A stretch of 64,000 nt of DNA from Candidatus Cloacimonadales bacterium (lineage in GTDB: Bacteria > Cloacimonadota > Cloacimonadia > Cloacimonadales > JAFGVF01), in contig OY762964.1 of NCBI GenBank assembly GCA_963667035.1, positions 1,248,001 through 1,312,000 on the forward strand. Reading direction: 5' to 3'. Of this stretch, positions 1-8,233 are shown in pieces. The notes under the pieces were generated by a model. It saw only the letters and a list, made by a program, of their open reading frames with translations, had not been told where the DNA came from and did not search any database. The translations under genes were made by a program, and so were the position numbers. Within the stretch, counting starts at the first letter, position 1. The number at the start of each line of letters is the position of its first letter.

Positions 1-1
1 C

Positions 2-328
2 TTCAGTACATTGTTGATATCCATTTCTGAAAGAATGACTGAGATAGGTATAAGAAAGAGTATTGGAGCAACTGAAGGAGATATATTCTTCTATTTTATT
101 GCTGAAGCTTTGAGCCTGGCTCTATTAGGAGCATTTGTTGGAACAGGAGTTGCGATGCTACTTCTGAAGATATTCTCATTCTTTGTAGGAATGCCATTCA
201 GTATACCTGTTGCAGGTATTCTATTAGGATTTGGATTCTCTCTCATTATTGGTTTTGTATCAGGATTGTATCCAGCGATCAAGGCCGCAAAGATTAATCC
301 TATTCAAGCGATATTCTATTTTGAATAG
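2..328 (+). CDS. ABC transporter permease, MacB/FtsX family, C-terminal part (truncated by window start)
   Basis: ERxxEIGIRKSIGA and GLYPAxKAAKINPIQA motifs typical of MacB-type permeases; frame is open back to position 2. Confidence 0.9.
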   Translation, partial: FSTLLISISERMTEIGIRKSIGATEGDIFFYFIAEALSLALLGAFVGTGVAMLLLKIFSFFVGMPFSIPVAGILLGFGFSLIIGFVSGLYPAIKAAKINPIQAIFYFE

Positions 329-403
329 ATTATACAGATAAAAATATTGACTTATTTTGATATTAAAGACTAAATATGAATATAGATAATTCAGGAGATA
401 TTA

Positions 404-1582
404 ATGATTGAAGTTATCGTTGAGAAATGTGTAGGCTGTGGTAAATGTATCAAATCATGTGCTTATAATGCTATTACTATTACAAATAAAGTTGCTGAAA
501 TCAATACAGATAATTGTGTTCTGTGTGGTGCATGTGTACAGGATTGTCCATTTGATGCAATTTTCATAAGAAAGAATTCCCGTTCAACCATTAATAAAGA
601 AGATTATAAGGGTGTATGGGTATATGCAGAGCAAAGAGAAGGTGAACTGGCTCCCGTTGTTCTGGAATTACTTGGAAAGGGAAGAGAACTGGCTGACCAA
701 ATTGAAGTACCTCTTTCTGCTGTGTTGTTAGGTTATAATGTTGATAATTTAACCGAAGATTTAATTGCTCATGGAGCTGATGAAGTTCTTTATGTGAATG
801 AACCGGAACTGGAAACTTTTACTGATCATCTCTATACTCAAGCTTTGGTAAACCTAAGTGAGAAGCATAAACCGGAAATCGTTCTTGCCGGTGCGTCAGT
901 AATTGGTCGTTCTTTCATCCCTCGTGTTGCAGTATCACTTCATACGGGATTAACTGCAGATTGCACCGGACTTGAAATTGATAAGGAATCCGGTGACTTA
1001 CTACAGACCAGACCAGCTTTTGGTGGCAATATCATGGCTACTATCGTTACTCCTGATCATAGACCGCAACTTGCAACTGTTCGTCATAAAGTTATGACTC
1101 CGCTTGAGAAAGATTCTTCCAGAGTAGGTAAAGTTATTATCGAAAAGATTGATCTTAACGGTAAAGGTGACGGCTCCAGATTGATTGAAAGTGTTAAGGA
1201 AGAAACCGGACTTATAAATGTTACTGAAGCTGATTTTATCATTTCAGGAGGTAGAGGTCTAAAGAATCCTGAGAACTTTAATCTATTGCATGAATTGGCT
1301 GAGAAACTTGATGGTGCTGTTGCTGCGTCAAGAGCAGCTGTTGATGCAGGCTGGATTTCCTACAACCATCAGATTGGTCAGACAGGTAAAACTGTTAAAC
1401 CAAGAATATATATTGCATCAGGTATTTCAGGTGCTATACAGCATCTTGCAGGTATGTCCTCATCCGACTATATTATTGCAATCAACAAAGACCCGGAAGC
1501 TCCTATTTTTAAAGTAGCTGACTTAGGTATTGTTGGAGACCTTTTCGAAATTCTACCTTTATTAAATAAAAAACTTGGATAA
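404..1582 (+). CDS. etfA: Electron transfer flavoprotein alpha subunit with N-terminal 2x[4Fe-4S] ferredoxin domain
   Basis: Two CxxCxxCxxxC motifs at the N-terminus; TGLTADCT, RPAFGGN, QIGQTGK and GISGAIQH ETF-alpha motifs; SD AGGAG. Confidence 0.93.
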   Translation: MIEVIVEKCVGCGKCIKSCAYNAITITNKVAEINTDNCVLCGACVQDCPFDAIFIRKNSRSTINKEDYKGVWVYAEQREGELAPVVLELLGKGRELADQIEVPLSAVLLGYNVDNLTEDLIAHGADEVLYVNEPELETFTDHLYTQALVNLSEKHKPEIVLAGASVIGRSFIPRVAVSLHTGLTADCTGLEIDKESGDLLQTRPAFGGNIMATIVTPDHRPQLATVRHKVMTPLEKDSSRVGKVIIEKIDLNGKGDGSRLIESVKEETGLINVTEADFIISGGRGLKNPENFNLLHELAEKLDGAVAASRAAVDAGWISYNHQIGQTGKTVKPRIYIASGISGAIQHLAGMSSSDYIIAINKDPEAPIFKVADLGIVGDLFEILPLLNKKLG

Positions 1583-2786
1583 AATGTATCTAACCCCAAC
1601 GCAAATAGTATTGGATTCCAACAAGGTTGTCAGTAAGCAAAGGTTGACTATTGATGCTGATACCAATCTGAGTGGACATCTGAAGTTGGAATCTAATACT
1701 GTGGCGTACATGCCTTTTATTAATGCTCACGATCACCTTGTGAGCAATTGGTTTCCACGTGCAGGTCATAATCGTCCTTATATAAATTCTCACCTTTGGG
1801 TAGAAGATATGAAAGATTCCGACTCCTATCTGGAAAGAAACAAGTTTTGGATTAATAAAGGTTTTCATGACCTCACTGCTGATAACGGTCACAAAGTAGC
1901 TATGTTAGGTGCATACAAGAATCTCTTTTCCGGATGTGCCGTAGTACAAGACCATATACCTCCACAACCAAGTAACTACTATGACAAGATGCCAATTGAA
2001 CTGGTTAGAGAATACACTCAATACCATTCAATAACTCTAGGTAACTGGTGGGGAGGAGGTTCGACTGAAGAAGAGTTTAGTGCCGCTAATGGTAGAATGC
2101 CATTTATAATGCACCTTGGAGAAGGTCTTGATGAAGAAACAAGAAGTGAATTCTCGAAAGCAATTGAACTGGGTATAATCGATAACAATACAATACTTAT
2201 CCACTGTATCTCTCTATCACATAAAGAGATTGATAAGATGGCTGAATTGGGTGCTACAATATGCTGGTGTCCATATTCCAATGACTTTCTTATTGGGCAG
2301 TCAGTTGATATAGATTATGCCTTGAAGGCAGGAGTAAACATAGTTATCGGAACAGACTCTTCAATGTCAAGTAGCATCAATATGTTAGAAGAGTTCAGTT
2401 TTATCAAACATAATTATCCTCAAATCCCTATGAAAACAATATATGAAATGGTTACTGTGAATAGTGCAAAAGCTCTTATGCTGGACAAAAAATGGACTCT
2501 TAAAGAGCAGACAGACTCTGTACTCATAACAGACATGGTTAAAGCCGATCCCTTCGAGAATCTGGCTTATCTTAAAACTGATAATATAAGACTACTAATT
2601 CATAAGGGTAAACCACTGTACGGGGATATGGAGATATTTACAAGTTTCAACTGTAATCCCGTTGATTATAGTTTTATCTCTACAAAAAGTGGAGATAAGT
2701 TTGTTATTGGCAATCCTGAAAGTTTAAACATGGAAGTCAATGATGCACTTGGATATCAAAAACACTTCCCATATCTGCCTTTCTAA
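1575..2786 (+). CDS. Metal-dependent amidohydrolase family protein
   Basis: NAHDH (HxH), MHLGEG, IHC and GTDS metal-ligand pattern; overlaps the etfA stop. Confidence 0.8.
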   Translation: MDKMYLTPTQIVLDSNKVVSKQRLTIDADTNLSGHLKLESNTVAYMPFINAHDHLVSNWFPRAGHNRPYINSHLWVEDMKDSDSYLERNKFWINKGFHDLTADNGHKVAMLGAYKNLFSGCAVVQDHIPPQPSNYYDKMPIELVREYTQYHSITLGNWWGGGSTEEEFSAANGRMPFIMHLGEGLDEETRSEFSKAIELGIIDNNTILIHCISLSHKEIDKMAELGATICWCPYSNDFLIGQSVDIDYALKAGVNIVIGTDSSMSSSINMLEEFSFIKHNYPQIPMKTIYEMVTVNSAKALMLDKKWTLKEQTDSVLITDMVKADPFENLAYLKTDNIRLLIHKGKPLYGDMEIFTSFNCNPVDYSFISTKSGDKFVIGNPESLNMEVNDALGYQKHFPYLPF

Positions 2787-2789
2787 ATA

Positions 2790-3431
2790 ATGCTTACAAT
2801 TAATGAAATCTTCCTTAGTATTCAAGGAGAGTCGCTTGCTACAGGACTCCCATGTATCTTTGTTCGTTTAACCGGATGCAATCTTAGGTGTTCATATTGT
2901 GATACCACATACTCCTTCAATGAAGGGTCAGATATGAGCATTAAAGACATTATTTCAGTAATTAAGAGCTACAGTCCTGTTAAACTGGTTGAACTAACAG
3001 GGGGAGAGCCACTGTTACAGAAAGAGATAGTACAACTGGTAGAAGACTTGATTGCTGAAGATTACAGGATTCTAATAGAAACTAATGGAACTATCCCGGT
3101 TAAAGATATACCGGATGTTTGTACTCTCGTTATGGATGTTAAGACACCTTCAGCAAAAGTATCAAGTCCTTTCTTAGTTGAGAATCTTAAATACTTTAAC
3201 AAAGATACAGACCAATTAAAATTCGTTATAAGTGACAGTAATGATTACAATTGGTCAAAGCTATTTATCAAAGAGAATGGATTGGAATCTTATAATCTAC
3301 TGTTTTCACCAAACATAGATAAATTGAAACCTTCTACACTAGCCGAATGGATTATTAAAGATAGATTACAAGTGAGATTCCAACTACAAATTCATAAATT
3401 TGTCTGGAATCCCGAGCAAAGAGGAGTTTAA
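2790..3431 (+). CDS. queE: 7-carboxy-7-deazaguanine synthase (radical SAM)
   Basis: EIFxSIQGE, RLTGCNLRCSYCDT, TGGEP, ETNG and QLQIHK motifs. Confidence 0.88.
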   Translation: MLTINEIFLSIQGESLATGLPCIFVRLTGCNLRCSYCDTTYSFNEGSDMSIKDIISVIKSYSPVKLVELTGGEPLLQKEIVQLVEDLIAEDYRILIETNGTIPVKDIPDVCTLVMDVKTPSAKVSSPFLVENLKYFNKDTDQLKFVISDSNDYNWSKLFIKENGLESYNLLFSPNIDKLKPSTLAEWIIKDRLQVRFQLQIHKFVWNPEQRGV

Positions 3432-3432
3432 T

Positions 3433-3729
3433 ATGTTTGCATCAACAATGCGTTACAAATTTAAAGAGGGTAAAGGAAGAGAAGGTTCTAAGATTTGGAA
3501 TGATATTGTGTTTCATACAGGAATGGAGCAGGAAGGTGTCATATCTCTGCAGATTCTATTGAATGAAGATGAAGCTTTGGCTATTGGTATCTGGGATGGG
3601 GAAGAGTATGCCCAGAGATTCATGAAAACCGGTATCTTTATAGATCTTATGAACAAACTTGAATCTATTCTTCTGAAGAAACCTCAGGCTGAACGTTGGG
3701 AAGCTGAAGCTTTCGGAACTGTCAGATAA
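3433..3729 (+). CDS. Small hypothetical protein, possibly ABM-like (dimeric alpha/beta barrel)
   Basis: ATG at 3433 follows SD GAGGAG; 98 aa; fold assignment is a guess from size and pattern. Confidence 0.6.
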   Translation: MFASTMRYKFKEGKGREGSKIWNDIVFHTGMEQEGVISLQILLNEDEALAIGIWDGEEYAQRFMKTGIFIDLMNKLESILLKKPQAERWEAEAFGTVR

Positions 3730-3791
3730 TGATATCATAACAAAGAGCTACATTTACAGCTCTTTTTTCTTTTAGTACAATATCTACTAAC

Positions 3792-3883
3792 GCACTGTGT
3801 TTGCACTGTGCACCCACTATGAAGGCACTGCCAATGCACTGTTTCACCGAGTTCACAGTGCGTTCACAGTGGAAAAACAGTGG
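3792..3883. repeat. 11-bp-period array with central inversion (core GCACTG / CAGTG)
   Basis: Units at 3792, 3803, 3814, 3825, 3836; reverse-complement units at 3854, 3865, 3876. Confidence 0.85.
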
Positions 3884-3977
3884 GTTGATTACGTTTTGCC
3901 TGATATAGTAATCAACGTGCAAACTTAGCTTGTATTGCTGAATTTAGAAGATGTATTCTAAAGGAATGGTGAAAGTT

Positions 3978-5699
3978 ATGAAAAACAGATCTTACTTCTG
4001 GCGATATGTTGCCTCGACTAAGAGCTACTGGAATTATATGTTCGTTGCATTGTTGATGATGGTGATTATAATAGCAATTCAAACAATGCTTCCACGCTTT
4101 TTCCAGAGAATGCTGGATGTTTACATCCCTAATAATGATTTTCCCGGTCTCATTAGACAAACAATTATATTGGCTATTCTCTACCTTAGTTAGAATGGGG
4201 GCCTTTATACTGAGAAATAACCGCATGTTGAATTTCGGGTATCATTATATCTATGACTTAAGAGATAAACTCATGCATCATTTTCATCTTCTTTCGTTCA
4301 GGTTTTATGACCGTAATAAAACAGGGGATATCATGAATAACATGCTCGATGATGTTATGAATACGGAGATGATGACAACCAACTCCTTGATATATCTTTT
4401 GGAAGACCTAATAATGATTGTGGTAGTATCTATCATTCTCATACATATGAACTGGATGCTTGCACTCTCAGCTCTTCTTATTCTACCTCTATACACTATT
4501 ATTCATAAGCATTTTAGAGGGAGAATCGGCGAAATGAACCGTGATATAAGAGAGAACTACGCACACTCTCCAGTGAATTTCATGACTCAATCGCTGGAAT
4601 TCGTGTAGTGAGAGCTTTCAATCTTGAGGATGTACGTAAAAAACAATTCAATAAATATATAAGTGAAGACCGTCGTCTTAGAATTAAGACTTACACTTTC
4701 AATGCACTATTCTCTTCCATCACAGAATACTTAACTGTCCTTGGAATCCTTTTAGTTCTTGGTTTAGGAGGATATTTTGCCATAATAAAAGGAACTATGA
4801 CAGGAGGAGCTGTCGTTGCCTTTTATACTTTTCTAGGCTTCCTCTACAACCCGATAGTCAGATTGAGTAGTACAACTTCGATAATAGAATCAGGTTTAAG
4901 TTCAATTACAAGAATCTATAAGGTATTGGACACAGTTCCTACACCCCCTGAGAAAGAAAACCCTTTAGTTCCGGTAGATAGAGCTAAGGGTGAAATCAAT
5001 TTCAAAGATGTTACCTTCTTTTATGATGGAGCGGAAAAACCGGCGGTTCAGAACATAAATCTTACAATCAAAGCCGGGAGTACCCTTGCACTTGTAGGAA
5101 CGAGTGGGGGAGGTAAAAGTACAATAATAAGCTTGATTACCCGTTTCTATGATCCAACATCGGGAGAATTGTTTTTAGACGAAATTGACCTCAAAGAATA
5201 CGAATTACAATGGCTCAGAATGAATATCTCACTTGTTCTGCAAGAAGGTTTCCTATTCTGGGGTACGATAAGGGAAAACATCAGATATGGACGTTTAAGT
5301 GCAACAGATGCTGAGGTTGAGAAAGCTGCAGAATTGGCTTTTGCTAAAGAATTTATAGATGAACTTCCCAATGGATTTGATACTCCGTTAGGGGAGAGAG
5401 GAATTAGTCTTTCCGGTGGACAAAAACAGAGAATTGCAATTGCAAGAGCTATCCTTAAAAATGCTCCTATACTTATCCTTGATGAAGCAACTTCAGCTCT
5501 TGATAACGAATCAGAAGTTAAAATTCAAAAAGCAATGGAGCAATTGTCAACCGACAGAACAACCATTGTGATTGCTCATCGTTTATCAACAATTAGAAAA
5601 GCTGATAAGATTATAGTGATGAAAGATGGTCAAATAATTGAATGTGGAAGTCACAATGAACTAATAGAAAAAGCCGGTGAGTATTATAGATTGCATTAA
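3978..5699 (+). pseudogene. ABC exporter (fused TMD+NBD, MsbA-like), split by two frameshifts (pseudogene or assembly error)
   Basis: Three ORF pieces join into one protein with a +1 shift near 4185 and a -1 shift near 4566; Walker A GTSGGGKST, LSGGQKQR and DEATSALD are intact. Confidence 0.85.
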
Positions 5700-5772
5700 T
5701 GCCCATGAATTAGGAGTGTGAAAAGCTTTAATACCTTCGGAATGGTCCTTTGACCTTGCGAATGGTGGAATA

Positions 5773-6700
5773 GCTTGCGTCCCATGTGAGTTTACGAACA
5801 AGACGCCAAGCGATAGTTGGCAAGTTTTCGCATGGAGTCGTACTCCCGTTGGTCGTATGGACTCGAGCTTCTGATTTACATCCATCATGTAATTAAAGGT
5901 TCTTGAAGTTGGAATAGTAATATTTCTTCTAACAGGTTGTGTAGTAAAAACAGAGAGCACATAGGATTCATAAGATCTTGGTATCGTCTTATGATAGCTT
6001 TGATTTTCTGATTGGATCGATGACTTGAAAACTTACACAACTCGTTATGGTAAAGATGTAATTGATAACGGATTTTTTCCAGTTGTAAGCAACTATGATG
6101 ATTTGACAAATTATTACAATAGCAGCTAATCTTAAAACCGCATTCACTAAAGCTGATATATTTATGGTCGGCTTTTTCATAAACTAATATCGGGAAATTG
6201 ATTATTTAGTGCAAATCTGAATGAAAGAGCAAAATCAACTTATTTTTGCGTTCTAAATACAAAGTTATATCGGAAAGTATGATTGAAAGCAAAAAAGCTC
6301 TGGAATCGGCTTGAAAATCAAAGGTACATGGGAGAGAGGAAAGAGAATTAGTCTTCTCCCATTTACCTATATGGTGTTTATAAATAATATATGTTATGTA
6401 AACTTGAGAGAGTTTTGCTATGGTGAGTGTTGCCAGATATTTAGGTATGGCTATTGCTGATATTATATCCATGTAAATAATTGGTATAATCTACAAGAAT
6501 CAATTTACGAGTATTATTTGTGATGTTGCATGGAGTCGAACTCCCCACCGGTCGTTTGGACTCGTGTCCCTGTATCAAGCCTGAATCTATTGGAGCTTGT
6601 GATTTCGCTTCCAAAAGAAAGACGGCTATTTTTAGTTATTTAAGCATATAGTAATACTCCCGTTTGTTCTATGGACTCTTGCTTTTGAATCTAGCCTGAA
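5773..6700. repeat. REP-like bulged-hairpin repeats: three related copies plus one analogous hairpin
   Basis: GCATGGAGTCGTACTCCCGTTGGTCGTATGGACTC-like copies at 5830, 6528 and 6644; hairpin GCTTGCGTC..GACGCCAAGC at 5773-5811. Confidence 0.7.
5887..6129 (+). pseudogene. Decayed lipoprotein gene fragment
   Basis: One frame reads M*LKVLEVGIVIFLLTGC (lipobox LTGC), has several internal stops, then FSDWIDDLKTYTTRYGKDVIDNGFFPVVSNYDDLTNYYNSS*; followed by a hairpin with T-tract. Confidence 0.5.
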
Positions 6701-6922
6701 GAATGCGAAGTAAAAACTCAGTTCTCCCCTATAAATCTAAAAATCAAGACTCTGAAATTTGCGTTTTTTGGTACTAAGCAATGATATATGTCTAGTTGAT
6801 GCGATAAAACGCAAATTTGAAGACATCGTTCACAGATGTTTTTGAACTAACTTAAATTTATCTTGCATAAATACCCTATTTCAATACAATGAATATAATT
6901 GATTATTCAGGAGATAAGATAT

Positions 6923-7804
6923 ATGAAAAGCATGACCGGCTTCGGTAAAAGCTCTTATACAAGCGATCAGTTCGACATTGAATTGCAGATTAGATCTGTT
7001 AATAATAGGTTTTTAGACCTTAAACTATATTTTCCCAATGAGTTAACATACGTTGACTTACAAATCAGAAAGATTATTCAGAGTAAAATTTCTCGTGGTA
7101 CAGTTGAAGTTAGGATAAACTATAAAGATAAAAGAATTCCACATGCTGAAGTTGATTATAATAAACTGGACATGTACTACAAACTCGGTTCTGACATAGC
7201 AAAGCATCTTAAGCAAGAGTACAAACCGGATATTAATGAATTACTTCAAAAGAATGATCTCATATTACTAGAAAACAATTCTTTAGATAATACTGAGTTT
7301 ACAGAGAAATTGTTGATGATTACTGAGGAAACGTTGAATAAACATCAAGAAATGGCATTAGATGAAGGAAAATCGATGAGAGTATTTTTCCTTGAATCAG
7401 TAGGGAAGATGCTAAAAGCAATTGATGAAGTAGAAGAGTACTTTCAGGAACATAAAAGTGAAATACATGATAAGCTTAAGTCTAGGGTTTTAGAGCTTCT
7501 AAATGATCATTTGACTGAAGAGAATGAGAAGAGAATTCTTTTGGAAACTGCAATTTATGTAGATAAGTCAGATATAAATGAAGAAATTACACGTCTTAGA
7601 AATCACATTCACAAACTGAAAGACACTATCGAAAAAGCTGACATCTCTCCTATCGGTAAAACGATGAACTTTATACTACAAGAAATGCATCGCGAAGCCA
7701 ATACTCTTGGTTCTAAATTTAGCACTACGAATTCTTTTGATAATGTATTAATCATTAAAGAGGAAGTTGATAAGTGTAAGGAGATGGTTTTAAATGTCGA
7801 ATAA
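6923..7804 (+). CDS. yicC: YicC/YloC family endoribonuclease
   Basis: MKSMTGFG start, SVNNRFLD, DINEEITRL and QEMHREANTLGSK motifs. Confidence 0.92.
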   Translation: MKSMTGFGKSSYTSDQFDIELQIRSVNNRFLDLKLYFPNELTYVDLQIRKIIQSKISRGTVEVRINYKDKRIPHAEVDYNKLDMYYKLGSDIAKHLKQEYKPDINELLQKNDLILLENNSLDNTEFTEKLLMITEETLNKHQEMALDEGKSMRVFFLESVGKMLKAIDEVEEYFQEHKSEIHDKLKSRVLELLNDHLTEENEKRILLETAIYVDKSDINEEITRLRNHIHKLKDTIEKADISPIGKTMNFILQEMHREANTLGSKFSTTNSFDNVLIIKEEVDKCKEMVLNVE

Positions 7805-8231
7805 AGAGATAGTCAGTTGGATATCCTGGCCATTTGTTGATCGTCCTAAAACATCTGTCATATTATCTATATTTCTGATAGGAATGGCTGTGTTGTTGTG
7901 GAATGTAGCAGTTGTTAATTGGGATATGCCTTTTTACTATATGCTCGGAATGCTCATATTATTACTGAGTCTTATCACCTACTTTATTCCTACTTACTAC
8001 ACGTTTTACGATACACATATTCAAGTAAAATATCTCTTAATAAACAACCGTCGCGAATATCAGGATTTCAAATGTTATTACATGGATAAAAGAGGAATCA
8101 TGCTTAGTACTTTCAGACACCCAAATCGACTTGATCCTTTTAGAGGTTTGAATTTGAGGTTCTCTAAAACAGGTGAAGAAAAAGAAACACTATTACAACT
8201 CCTTGAAACAAGGATAGGAAACAAACATTAA
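7794..8231 (+). CDS. Hypothetical membrane protein (2 TM plus soluble domain)
   Basis: Translationally coupled between yicC and rnr; two hydrophobic segments. Confidence 0.75.
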   Translation: MSNKEIVSWISWPFVDRPKTSVILSIFLIGMAVLLWNVAVVNWDMPFYYMLGMLILLLSLITYFIPTYYTFYDTHIQVKYLLINNRREYQDFKCYYMDKRGIMLSTFRHPNRLDPFRGLNLRFSKTGEEKETLLQLLETRIGNKH

Positions 8232-8233
8232 TT

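Noticed and set aside
3792..3883. Possible CRISPR array
   Set aside because: Units are 11 bp with no unique spacers, and no cas genes are in the window
6528..6550. tRNA-like GTTCGA T-loop on the minus strand
   Set aside because: The T-stem does not pair fully and no cloverleaf forms; it is part of the REP-like repeat
5773..6700. Integron attC sites
   Set aside because: No RYYYAAC/GTTRRRY core pairs were found around the hairpins, and no integrase is in the window
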